From: Octopus sinensis
Lineage: Eukaryota
Assembly (NCBI RefSeq): GCF_006345805.1
Contig: NC_043019.1
Span: 29,573,360-29,637,359 of the forward strand
DNA length: 64,000 nucleotides
Reading direction: 5' to 3'
Shown here piece by piece: positions 1 to 11,191 of this stretch. Each line of letters opens with the position of its first letter. The first letter of the stretch is position 1. The notes beneath the pieces are model-generated. The model did no database searches, had not been told where the DNA came from, and saw only the letters and a program-made list of their open reading frames with translations. Made by a program: the position numbers and the translations under genes.

Positions 1-2768
1 GACAAAAGGGAATAAGCTTTGTTAACAAAAAGGTCAGCAGCTAGAATGTCAATGTAGAGGGGAGAGAGAGAAAGAAAGAGAAAGAGACTCTGTGTGTGTG
101 TGTGTCAGAAGAACAGAGTGAGAGGGAAAAGTGAGAAAGTAGAGACTAAACCTTATGATATACTTAGATGAGAAGGCTAAATCACATTAATGATGAACAG
201 AATAATATAGTTCTCAACTATTGATGAAAAATTCATTAAAAAAATTCATGTCAACAATGATAGAAGTTTCAACCTCAATAGTGTTGGTGTGAGATGAGTA
301 AAATCAGAGAGAGAGAGGTATGTTGAGGTTAGATGTCTACAATATAAATGAAAGACAGCCAAATAATTTTTGGTGATTAAAGGAGTATGATGAATGAAGA
401 GATAAACATTTGAGCCAGAGTAATTGGAGGGCTTTTGTTGTTGTTGAAGGTTTTGTCCAGGTGAGATAAATGATTGAAAAAAAAAGGTTAGAATACAGAG
501 AGTAGCCCTCAACATAAGAGATGGAGTAGATATAGGAAATGAGAAATTTGTGTTTTAGGAAGAAATAGGCATGGGTTTTGTAGCTAATGTTGTTGTTGGC
601 CTGGACCAAACAGATTTATGATCACAGGTTCTCCAGTCATGACCATCTCATACATCCAAGACTATATTATCCAATGTGGACTTCTTTTTTAAGACAGCAT
701 GGAGTGCTTTGATGGATATCCAACAGCTATTTTTAACAGGTAGAGTAACCATATAATTGCTTCCTCATCTCATGTTAGTAGCTTCTTGTGCTGATGTTTA
801 ACTCTAGATGAATCTTGATCAAACTGTTCCATCTACGGTCACTCTATCATATTTTAAGACAATGTATTCAACGATATTATCCAAAATGTGTGCTTAAAGT
901 GTTAAGGTAATATTTGAGGGGAATTTGGCTACTTTTTCTAGCATTTCCCATAATCTAGTAAGATACTTCCTCATTGGCTTGAGTGACCTTTGTGTTAAAA
1001 GGACATGTTGAATTGATAATGAGATAGAAGAGGAAAGTTTGGGATATATAGAAATAAATATCCTACCAAAATGAGCAAGAATAAGCCTACAGATAAGACC
1101 TATGTGCTACAGCAGATAAGGCCTGCGTGTTACCAAGTTCATTCAATATGATATTTATTCTATCATTTTTGCCTCTGCAGAACCACATGCATAGCATCGT
1201 GATAAAGAATTCCTATTCACAATCACATAGTTGTGTGTTTGATCCTTCAGTTTAGCACCTTGGGTACATGTCATTCACCTACTATAAGCCCATCACAGAA
1301 TTATGCATTTTGTCTAGTGGGCACCATGGAAATTCCTCAGAACGAAAAAGCTTAAGAGAAGCTATTTAAGTGAGGAAGGATGATTTGCATTTTTATTTCT
1401 CTTAGTTATTTCGCTTCCAGTCACAGTAATATATAATTTTAAAATTTCCTTCCGCTAAGCACTTTATATTTTTCACTTTCTCTCTACCTCTTCAACAAAC
1501 TTTTTAACCATGTAATTCCCCTCTTCATGCCTATAACATCTCTCTGTTTCTCTTCACCTCTCACTTCCACTAACCACAAGAGTAACAGCATAATGCATTG
1601 GCTGGCTATCTTCTCTCTCTCACCTTCGCATTCCCTCTTCCTCTCTCTCACTCCACCTCCTGGTGCTCCTCTCTAACAAACTAAAGCGTAAACTGTGAAC
1701 AAACAGGTAGAAGACAAATATTATGGATTTTACGGAGATGTACTTGCATAGCAAGTGACCTGATCTGAGATCATGTGCTGGAACGAAAACAATTGCAGTG
1801 TGGAAAGTGTTTATAGGCCATTTAAGAAACACAAAAACTATTAGATTCATTTCAACATTTAAATTTAATTTGCCAAAATATTTTCGTCACTTTGAGACCG
1901 CAACCTGTTCTCTGACAAATATCCATGCTGTTTATTATGGATTTTGTTAAAAAAATACTTTTCAGTATCAACACACCACCACTATCATCATCACTATAGT
2001 TTTCAGTAACAAGGCTCATTTCAGTTCAGCTGTTTGTTTAAATCTTTTTCTGCTTGTTGATGTATCTCTACTCTGACAATACAAATACTATCTGCCTCTC
2101 TCTCTCTCTCTCAATGTAACTGCCTCCTCTGTCCATTTCTCTCTATCTGCCTTTCTTTAACCTCACCACCAGGACATCACTCTCTGCTAAATATTGTATC
2201 CTAAACATCTCTTTACCTTTCCCTACCCTGCATATTGCGCATCGCTAACACTTCTCTCTCCCTCTTTGCCCCTCCCTTCAGCTAACTACATGATGCATTT
2301 GGCTTTATTATACATATTTTGCTACTTCTTCCTCACTTCTTTCTCTCTACTCACATTCCTCCCCTCTCTAACTAACTAATGGGTGAACGAACAAGCAGAT
2401 TATTATGTAGATACATAAAAGTTAATGAATGCTCCAAGTTGTAGGCCACAATTTACACACACAAACACAGACACATGCACGCATGCACACAGACACACAT
2501 ATATACATAAACAGGTGTGTCTATGCGGTTCAGAAGCTTGCTTCCCAATTATATGGCCTCAACTTCAACTTCACTGTACAGCACTGCTATAGCCCCAAAC
2601 TGATCAAAGCCTTAAAAGTGGATTTGATAGATGGAAACTGAAAGAAGTCATTATGTGTGTGTGTGTGGACACATACAATTGTCTTGTGTTTGCATATACA
2701 TATAATTGTCTTGAGATCACATCATACAAGCAATGTTGTTCCTTTCCACACGCAATAGATAATGCAAT

Positions 2769-3031
2769 AGGACGAACAGACAGAATCATTAGCATGCCCG
2801 GCGAAATGCTTAACGGTATTTCGTCTGCTGTTACGTTCTGAGTTCAAATTCTGCCAAGGTCGACTTTGCCTTTCATCCTTTTGCGGTCGATTAAATAAGT
2901 ACCAGTTACGCACTGGGGTTGATGTAATCAACTTAATCCCTTTGTCTGTCCTTGTTTGTCCTCTCTATGTCCTCTTAATCCCTTTGTCTGTCCTTGTTTG
3001 TCCTCTCTATTGTCCCCGTGGACAATAAAAA
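2769..3031 (+). mobile_element. tRNA-derived SINE, type A (tRNA head + Meta/MESC-like central domain + LINE-type tail)
   Basis: A-box-like CAGAATCATTAG, B-box GAGTTCAAATTC, central GACTTTGCCTTTCATCC...AATAAGTACCAG. The tail has a 37-bp internal duplication (2932-2968 / 2974-3010). Confidence 0.85.
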
Positions 3032-3369
3032 CATATACAATGTAATGTTCATTTTCAGTCTTCTGAAATATTGTATCCTAAACATCTCTTTACTTTTCCC
3101 TTCCCTGCATATTGCACATCGCTAACACTTCTCTCTCCCTCTTTTCTCTCACTTCAGCTAACTACATGTTTGGCCTTGGAAAATATTATTTTGCTTGGAA
3201 CGAAGAGGTTAGTAGAATGAAGGGTATCTGGTTATAGAAAATTTGCCTTAATAAATTCCATCTGACCCTTCTCCCCTGCCATCATGGAAAAGTGGACACC
3301 AAATGATGGTGATGATATGTATAACGTATATAATTTCATATTAGATGCATATATGACTGTGTTTATATA

Positions 3370-3573
3370 TGAGGGCTACTGAAAAGTTCCTGGCTTTCAG
3401 TAAAAGAAAAAACAAGAGGGTCAGTTAATTATGATTTTAACATATTCCCCTCTCAGATTCACACACTTACTGCAGTGGTCCTTCAGTTTTTCTAAGCCCT
3501 GTAAAACAACTCAGAAGGTTGCGCCTCCAACCAGGCCTTTTGCAATACCCTTAAAGCCAGGAACTTTTCAGCA
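3370..3573. mobile_element. mariner-type MITE, right end cut by a retroposon insertion
   Basis: Perfect 19-bp inverted repeat CTGAAAAGTTCCTGGCTTT (3379-3397 / 3553-3571). Begins TA|TGAGGG like mariner TIRs. Confidence 0.8.
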
Positions 3574-3855
3574 TCATTTAATGTTTTGACTGGGCTGGCA
3601 TGCTGTGCCAGACTCAAGTCTGATTTGGCATGGTTTTCTACGGCTGGATGCCCTTCCTAATGCCAACCTCTCCGAGAGTGTAATGGGTGTTTTTATGTGC
3701 CACCAGTATGGGTGCCATTTGCGTGACACCGGTATCTGCCATGACTGCGATTTTGTTTGGCTTGATGGCTCTTCTTCTCAAGTACGACATAATGCCAAAG
3801 GTCTTGGTCATTGCCTCTGTAAGGCGCAACAATCAAAAGGAACTCAGCCACCTTG
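3574..3855 (-). mobile_element. RTE-LINE 3' end / RTE-tail SINE (type C)
   Basis: Contains GGATGCCCTTCCTAATGCCAACC and CACCAGTATGGGTGCC repeats, seen in many other copies in the window. Confidence 0.75.
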
Positions 3856-4456
3856 CCCCCATATATATATATGTGTGTGTGTGTGACCATGTACAACCCA
3901 TCTGAGTGTGGAAAAGTGGATGTTAAATAATAATAATGATGATATATATAAAAAGCCATAAATACATCGCATATGAAATTATATACATACACAACATTTT
4001 ATCTTTAATTTTCTTCATCTCAAAAGAACATAATTACAACATACTATAGTGTACTACGTCTGAAATTTCATGAGGTAAAAAGAGACCATCATATAAAATA
4101 TATTGAATTTCAAAATTAAAAGAAAAAAACGTTTTTCCTTTGTTTTTTTAAAGTAGCTAATTTCATGCATCACACAACACATTTTAAAATCTTTAATAAG
4201 TCTACCATTACAAAAATTATATTCGTTATTGCATTTTCATTAGGACTCTCTTGATATTATGCATAACCTAAGCTTTACCACCTCATATATCAAAAATGAC
4301 ATCTATTTAATGCTGATGATATAACTAGGAAGTTAATATTGATCTCGGCTTTTGTAAAGTACGATTCTTTACGTTTAGAATTATAAATTCTATGACAAAG
4401 ACAAAGAACATAGAAATAAAAAAAAAAAAGTTATTTATTTAAAACACATTTCAAGA

Positions 4457-4459
4457 TAT

Positions 4460-4499
<40 letters not shown>

Positions 4500-4785
4500 A
4501 CATGCATTGTATATACGTGTGGGTATGTAGACCTATATACTTGTACATAAGCGTGTGTTTATGTATGTATATATATATATATAATATATATATATATATA
4601 ATATATATATATATATATACACACACGCATCTAATATATATATATATATATAATGTAGATAGATACATGCTTATATATATGGCGTCCTGTACTTACATAT
4701 ATTTATTTATATATGCATGTATATATACATGTAGATGTAGGTATGTACATATATGTTTGTATGTATGCATATATTTTTAATTATC

Positions 4786-4819
<34 letters not shown>

Positions 4820-4975
4820 GCATATGTGTGTGTGTGTGTGTGTGTATATACACATGCATTATATATATATATATGTGCATCTAGGCAGCTGAACACATTT
4901 GTGATGATAAACAAATGAAAATGTAAATAATTGTATAATACACACATGCATACACACAGACACGCACACAAACAC
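4457..4975. repeat. compound (TA)n/(CA)n/(TG)n microsatellite
   Basis: Directly visible dinucleotide tracts; these produce the spurious Y/I-rich ORFs. Confidence 0.95.
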
Positions 4976-5372
4976 ATAGGCATCTTTAAATAGAGCTTAT
5001 ATTTTCATGAATGCACATTTACAGGTGAATGTCTGCAGGCAATGCGACACTCGACACATTTCAAGTGGGTGGGGGATAGAATAGCACTTAAATAGCAGTG
5101 AGTTGGTAAATAGTCAAAAATTCACAGCATAACCAATATTTCTAGAATGTTTACTCTTGCTCCAGTTGGAAAAGTTGCTTAAGAAGGAAAAAAAAAAAAC
5201 CCAAAAAGACAGCAAAATGAAACAAAACAGACAAAAAAGTATTAACACTGACACAATGTTAATACTACATAATTTTGTACTAGTATTTAGTTTAAGTAAC
5301 ATTATTAATGCTTTTGATACCAGCCTGGCTGAGACTGCCTTTGTATCTATGATCTGAATCTTCTCATTTTAA

Positions 5373-5593
5373 CTCTTTAGCATTCAGATTACTCTGTCAA
5401 ATGTATTGCTTATTTATTCACATTGTTTTGAGAATTGGTCACAATTACCTTGTAGCTTCAAGATTTCAATGGTGCATTTGTATATTTTTAGAATGACATT
5501 GTAGGGTATACGTGAGTAGTCGGATCTAGTCAGTTTTCAACATAAAACAGGTAGAATATTTGGGCTACGTATGGTCAGATTAAATGCTAAGGG
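5373..5593. mobile_element. piggyBac-type MITE (221 bp)
   Basis: TTAA at 5369-5372 and 5594-5597; termini CTCTTTAGCATT ... AATGCTAAGGG. Confidence 0.8.
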
Positions 5594-6288
5594 TTAAAGA
5601 ATGATTGAGAGAAAATTATCCAGGTTTTATTTATATATAAATACTTTCATATATATGAACACAACATACCTAGTTTTTTTTTTTTTAACTAGGTATACTG
5701 TCTCCCTGCATACTTTATGATAATGAAGGTGGTGTTGATGATAATGACAAGCAGAGCAGCCACTATCAAATAATCAAACACTTGGACAAGCCCAGCAAGT
5801 TTTAAGTAGGAAGTGGCAGGACAATTACATCGATTCTAGTACTTGACTGGTACTTATTTTATCAAGCCAAAAGGAGGAAAAGCTAAATCAACCTTGGCAA
5901 AATTTGGACTCAAAATGTAAAGAGTCAGAAGAAATGTTGATAAGCAACAAAATGAAAAAAAGGCAGAACACAGCTCAAAGTGTTTGCTAAGTAAAGTGAC
6001 AACTCCTGATATGTTTCAGTCCTATCAAGCCTTCACAGCAAAGAAACAGACTCAACTGAATTTGCTAGCTCATTTTTAAAGTATTCATATTTAAAATATG
6101 AATCATCTTGATGCAAAAATATTTATTAAAAATTACACTTCAAACTTCATAAACAAAGTTTTAGTTATTTTAATAAGAAAGCATTACTTAGAGCAAGGGA
6201 CACCAAACTATGGCCTGTGGGCCGGATCTGGTTCCCAAGGTCAGTTCATCTGGCCCACCACCACTCTGTACCTTTAGTGTAAGTACCT

Positions 6289-6933
6289 GCATTTGCCTCT
6301 GGCATGGCATTAGTGTTTGGAACAACTTAAGTCTCTCTCTCTTTTTTTTCTTTCTCTTTTACTTGTTTCAGTCATTTGACTGCGGCCATGCTAGAGCACC
6401 GCCTTTAGTCGAGCAAATCAACCCGGAACTTATTCTTTGTAAGCCCAGTACTTATTCTATCAGTCTCTTTTGCCGAACCGCTAACTGGCGGGGACGTAAA
6501 CACACCACCATCGGTTGTCAAGCAATGCTAGGGGGACAAACACCGGTGCCCCAGCATGGCCACAGCTCATGAGCTGAAACTAGTATCAATCAATCAATAT
6601 ACGACAGGCTTCCTTCAGTTTCCGTCTACCAAATTCACTCATAAGGCATTGGTCGGCCCAAGGCTATAGCAGAAGACACTTGCCCAAGATGCCACGCAGT
6701 GGGACTGAACCCGGAACTATGTGGTTGGTAAGCAAGCTACTTACCACACAGCCACTCTGCCACACAGCCACTCTGTGAGCAAACATTTTCAAAAATGAAG
6801 TATGTGAAGTCAGCACATCAAACGAGGTTGACTAATGAACATTTGGAAGCAATTCTCTTGGTTGGATGCAGCAATTCCAAAGAAAATATTGATGATATCT
6901 TAAAAAGCTAAACACCAGCTTCACAAATCTCAC
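6289..6933 (+). pseudogene. C-terminal relic of a Charlie/GTF2IRD2-like hAT transposase, split by a SINE
   Basis: 6289-6329 reads AFASGMALVFGTT; 6771-6933 reads LCEQTFSKMKYVKSAHQTRLTNEHLEAILLVGCSNSKENIDDILK, then after a frameshift AKHQLHKSH. This resembles the hAT dimerisation-domain end. Confidence 0.85.
6335..6760 (-). mobile_element. composite tRNA-SINE, type B (tRNA head + CORE-like domain + hinge + second module)
   Basis: Reverse complement of the complete copy at 40512-40926. Confidence 0.9.
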
Positions 6934-7213
6934 AAACTGTTTTTGCTTCTTAGTTTGTGAGATTCAGATATGTTTGCAGACATGGGTGTGATATAACTAT
7001 CTTATTGCTAATGTCGCCTTCTTTGGTAACTTGTTTGTAAATAAATATGTTGGTTGTCTTTATTTTTTGTGTATTCACTGTATTGTATTGAACAAAATGG
7101 TTATGCGGCCTGTGTTCACCATTCTCTCAGTTATCTGGTCTGCAATGGAAAAGATTTGGCGACCTCTGACTTAGAGGACTAAACCTCAATGACAAAACTC
7201 CTAGTTTTATATT

Positions 7214-7442
7214 TATTTCTTTATTGCCCACAAGGGGCTAAACATAGAGGGGACAAACAAGGACAGACAAAGGGATTAAGTCGATTACATCGACCCCAGT
7301 GCATAACTGGTACTTTATTTATTGACCCTGAAAGGATGAAAGGCAAAGTCGACCTCGGCGGAATTTGAACTCAGAACATAATGGCAGACGAAATACCGCT
7401 AAGCATTTTGCCTGGCGCGCTAACGTTTCTGCCAGCTCACCA
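7214..7442 (-). mobile_element. tRNA-SINE type A, full length with TSD
   Basis: 14-bp TSD CCTAGTTTTATATT (7200-7213 / 7443-7456). Confidence 0.92.
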
Positions 7443-7706
7443 CCTAGTTTTATATTGTGAGTGCTGGTATATAGCTGGTGCATGCTTAAAAAAAACTGAT
7501 GTCTTGGACCGCTGCATGGTTCTCTTCTAGACTCCCAGAAGGGGACACGTCTCAGTAAGAAACCACAATCTGCAAGAGGAGTATGAAATCCCTATCAGCA
7601 TCAAGTATCAGCTAATGACAGGTCAAGGCCTAGGTGGGGATTCCAGTCAAAGTAAAGTATTTTACTGAACATTTCCAAATGTTCAATTATTTTTGAAATT
7701 AACTAG

Positions 7707-7781
7707 CACACATGGGCAGTGATGTATATCATTACAAACAGCGATGAGATGATTACAAAACTGTGTAAAGAAACAAGAAAT
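7707..7781 (+). CDS. weak candidate coding exon (HTWAVMYIITNSDEMITKLCKETRN), unassigned
   Basis: TAG acceptor at 7704-7706, GTAAGT donor at 7782-7787, 75 nt, phase 0-0, only open frame. No partner exons found and the peptide is not recognised. Confidence 0.2.
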
Positions 7782-7785
7782 GTAA

Positions 7786-9187
7786 GTATCTATATTCATG
7801 TATAACTGGTTCATCAACTCATTTCACATTTTCATCATATCAAACTGCCTAAGACCAGTTTTGTTTCCATGATACAAAAGTCTCTCAATTTGAAGTGGTC
7901 ACATTTAAAAGTAAAACCTCTTCTATCATAATTTCAATGAACTCATTAAATATTTTTGTACTAATAATTAATATTAAGAATATTTTTTTCCTTCTCTACT
8001 GATTCAACAGCTTTTCTTTATTTAATTAATTGCTTAGTCCAGTGTTTCCAATGACAGCAGAGTAGAAATAACCTGACACAATAAGACAACTTCCAATAAT
8101 CTCATATTACTATTGGCACAGGCATAGCTGTGTGGTTAAGAAGCTTTTTTGCAACCACATGGTTTCAGGTTCAGTCCAACTTTGTGGCATATTCAGCAAG
8201 AGTCCCCTATTATACCCTAGGTTGAACAAAGCCTTGTGAATGGATTTTGGTATCTATATTCATGTATAACTGGTTCATCAACTCATTTCACATTTTCATC
8301 ATATCAAACTGCCTAAGACCAGTTTTTTTTCCATGATACAAAAGTCTCTCAATTTGAAGTGGTCACATTTAAAAGTAAAACCTCTTCTATCATAATTCAA
8401 TGAACTCATTAAATATTTTTGTACTAATAATTATATTAAGAATATTTTTTTCCTTCTCTACTGATTCAACAGCTTTTCTTTATTTAATTAATTGCTTAGT
8501 CCAGTGTTTCCAATGACAGCAGAGTAGAAATAACCTGACACAATAAGACAACTTCCAATAATCTCATATTACTATTGGCACAGGCATAGCTGTGTGGTTA
8601 AGAAGCTTTCTTTGCAACCACATGGTTTCAGGTTCAGTCCAACTTTGTGGCATATTCAGCAAGAGTCCCCTATTATAACCCTAGGTTGAACAAAGCCTTG
8701 TGAATGGATTTTGGTATCTATATTCATGTATAACTGGTTCATCAACTCATTTCACATTTTCATCATATCAAACTGCCTAAGACCAGTTTTGTTTCCATGA
8801 TACAAAAGTCTCTCAATTTGAAGTGGTCACATTTAAAAGTAAAACCTCTTCTATCATAATTTCAATGAACTCATTAAATATTTTTGTACTAATAATTAAT
8901 ATTAAGAATATTTTTTTCCTTCTCTACTGATTCAACAGCTTTTCTTATTTAATTAATTGCTTAGTCCAGTGTTTCCAATGACAGCAGAGTAGAAATAACC
9001 TGACACAATAAGACAACTTCCAATAATCTCATATTACTATTGGCACAGGCATAGCTGTGTGGTTAAGAAGCTTTCTTTGCAACCACATGGTTTCAGGTTC
9101 AGTCCATCAGTCCAACTTTGTGGCATATTCAGCAAGAGTCCCCTATTATAACCCTAGGTTGAACAAAGCCTTGTGAATGGATTTTGG
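7786..9187 (+). repeat. tandem triplication, units 7786-8249, 8250-8713, 8714-9187
   Basis: Units are identical apart from four 1-nt deletions, one G>T change and an 8-bp TCAGTCCA duplication in unit 3. Each ends in a truncated SINE head. Confidence 0.95.
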
Positions 9188-10589
9188 TTATAATAGGGGA
9201 CTCTTGCTGAATATGCCACAAAGTTATTTTTGAAATTAACTAGCACACATGGGCAGTGATGTATATCATTACAAACAGCGATGAGATGATTACAAAACTG
9301 TGTAAAGAAACAAGAAATGTAAGTATCTATATTCATGTATAACTGGTTCATCAACTCATTTCACATTTCACAGAGAGGCACTTGTGATAAGTATTAGAAA
9401 TGGATTGGACAAATTGCCATGATCAATAAAATATAGGCACAAGTGCAGCTGTGTGGTAAGAAGTTTGCTTCTCAACTACAGAGTTCAATCCCACTGTGGT
9501 GTTCGTGGCACTTTTTAATGTCTTACATGACTAGTGCAGGTATAGGAGGATATGATCTTCAAACTAGAGCAGATCCAGTTAAAGTTACCTTTGGACTAAG
9601 CGATAGAGCTGGTGGTAAGCTGGGTAATGGATTAAGATTAACTTCGAAGAACAGGTGATAGTGCTGGTGAAAAACTGTAAACTGAGCAACAGATTAAATC
9701 TACCACCCAAGAACATAAATAGCCCTTTCCTTCGACAACCCTCACAGTTTCCAGTGACCAAAATTCACTCACAAGGCTTTATTCGAATCAAGGCTATGAC
9801 TGTAACCAAGTGTTCAAGGCACCTCACTGTAGAATTAGATCCAGAAGCTCCTAATACTTCTTCACAAAACAACCATGCCTGCACCCATATCAAAGCAAAC
9901 TAGCTATGATAAAAATCTAGATCAGAGGTTAAGCTTATCAATCAGGTTTACTACTATAAAAAGGTTGAAATAAAGCAGAGAGGCACTTGTGATTAGTCTC
10001 TACCAGTTATCATGATTTATGTTCAAAGTAGACACATCAAGAGTGCTTTTACAGATGTTCATTTATTTACAAGTATTTAGTCTGATATAAGAGAATTGTT
10101 CTTGTTGTATAAATATGTTTAAGTATATGTCAAGACAAAATCTTCCTGAAGCTCATCAAAAATAGCTTACAGTTCACCTGAAAGCACCTCTCTTTTTTTA
10201 CTCTTTTAACACTTTCAGTTATTAGACTGTAGTAATACTAGAGTACAGCCTTCAAGAGCACCAGTTAATTATAATCAACCCCAGTATCTATTTGAGCTTG
10301 ATACTCATTTTGTCTGCCTCTGTCCAATCTCTTAACTATGATGGCATAGAACTTGACACACACACACACACACACACACTACTCCCACCCAGTTTCTCTC
10401 AACAAAGTTATCCCAAAGCTACAGCAAAAAGACATTTGCTTAAGTTGTTGAGCAGTGGAATAAAACCAGAACCGTCATAGTTGTGAAGCAAGCTTTTTAG
10501 GTATACATTGTGTCTGGGCTTTACAGGGTTGAAATTTAAATTCAAATCTAAGAATGAAACATTATTGCTTATAAGATATCTTTATGTTT

Positions 10590-11140
10590 TATCTTTTACT
10601 TGTTTTACTTGTTTCAGACATAGGACTGCAGCCTTGAAGGGTTTTAGTGGAGCAAATCAACCCTATTACTTGTTTTTTTTTTTTTTTTTAAGTCTGAAAT
10701 TTATTCTATCGCTCTCTTCTGTCAAACCACCAAGTCATGGGGACATAAACAAACCAACACCAGTTGACAATGAGTAGATTGTGTAGAGGCAAACACAAAG
10801 ATGCATGCACACACACACACCTATCATCATCATTTAACGTCCACTTTCCATGCTGGCATGGATTAGCTAGTTTGGCTGGAACTGGTAAGCTGGAGAGCTG
10901 CACTAGGTTCCAGTCTGATTTGGCACACACGCAGGCTCCTGGTTTGCCAAATGCACTCACAAGGCATAAATACATACAATGGGTTTCTTTAAGTTTCTTT
11001 CTACCAAAATCCATTCACAAGGCTTTGTTCAACCTAGGGTTATAATAGGGGACTCTTGCTGAATATGCCACAAAGTTGGACTGAACCTGAAACCATGTGG
11101 TTGCAAAGAAAGCTTCTTAACCACACAGCTATGCCTGTGC
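10590..11140 (-). mobile_element. composite tRNA-SINE type B with an RTE-tail segment
   Basis: Head and CORE-like domain at about 10970-11140, RTE tail at about 10820-10930, second module at about 10590-10770, all on the minus strand. Confidence 0.75.
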
Positions 11141-11191
11141 CAATAGTAATATGAGATTATTGGAAGTTGTCTTATTGTGTCAGGTTATTTC
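11002..11191 (-). repeat. 190-bp inverted copy of the 3' part of the tandem unit (8065-8251)
   Basis: Matches the reverse complement of the unit consensus GAAATAACCTGACAC...GGATTTTGGTA. Confidence 0.95.

Larger units (their letters stand above)
6194..7168 (+). mobile_element. hAT/Charlie internal-deletion derivative with nested SINE
   Basis: Perfect 8-bp TSD ACTTAGAG (6186-6193 / 7169-7176). Termini CAAGGGACACCAAACT ... TTGGCGACCTCTG, with subterminal GGCC(T/C)G motifs. Confidence 0.9.

Noticed and set aside
4000-4400. Possible DNA-transposon relic (also about 36110-36440 and 43380-43560)
   Set aside because: Looks repeat-like, but I found no TIR pair, TSD, second copy or coding motif to support a call.
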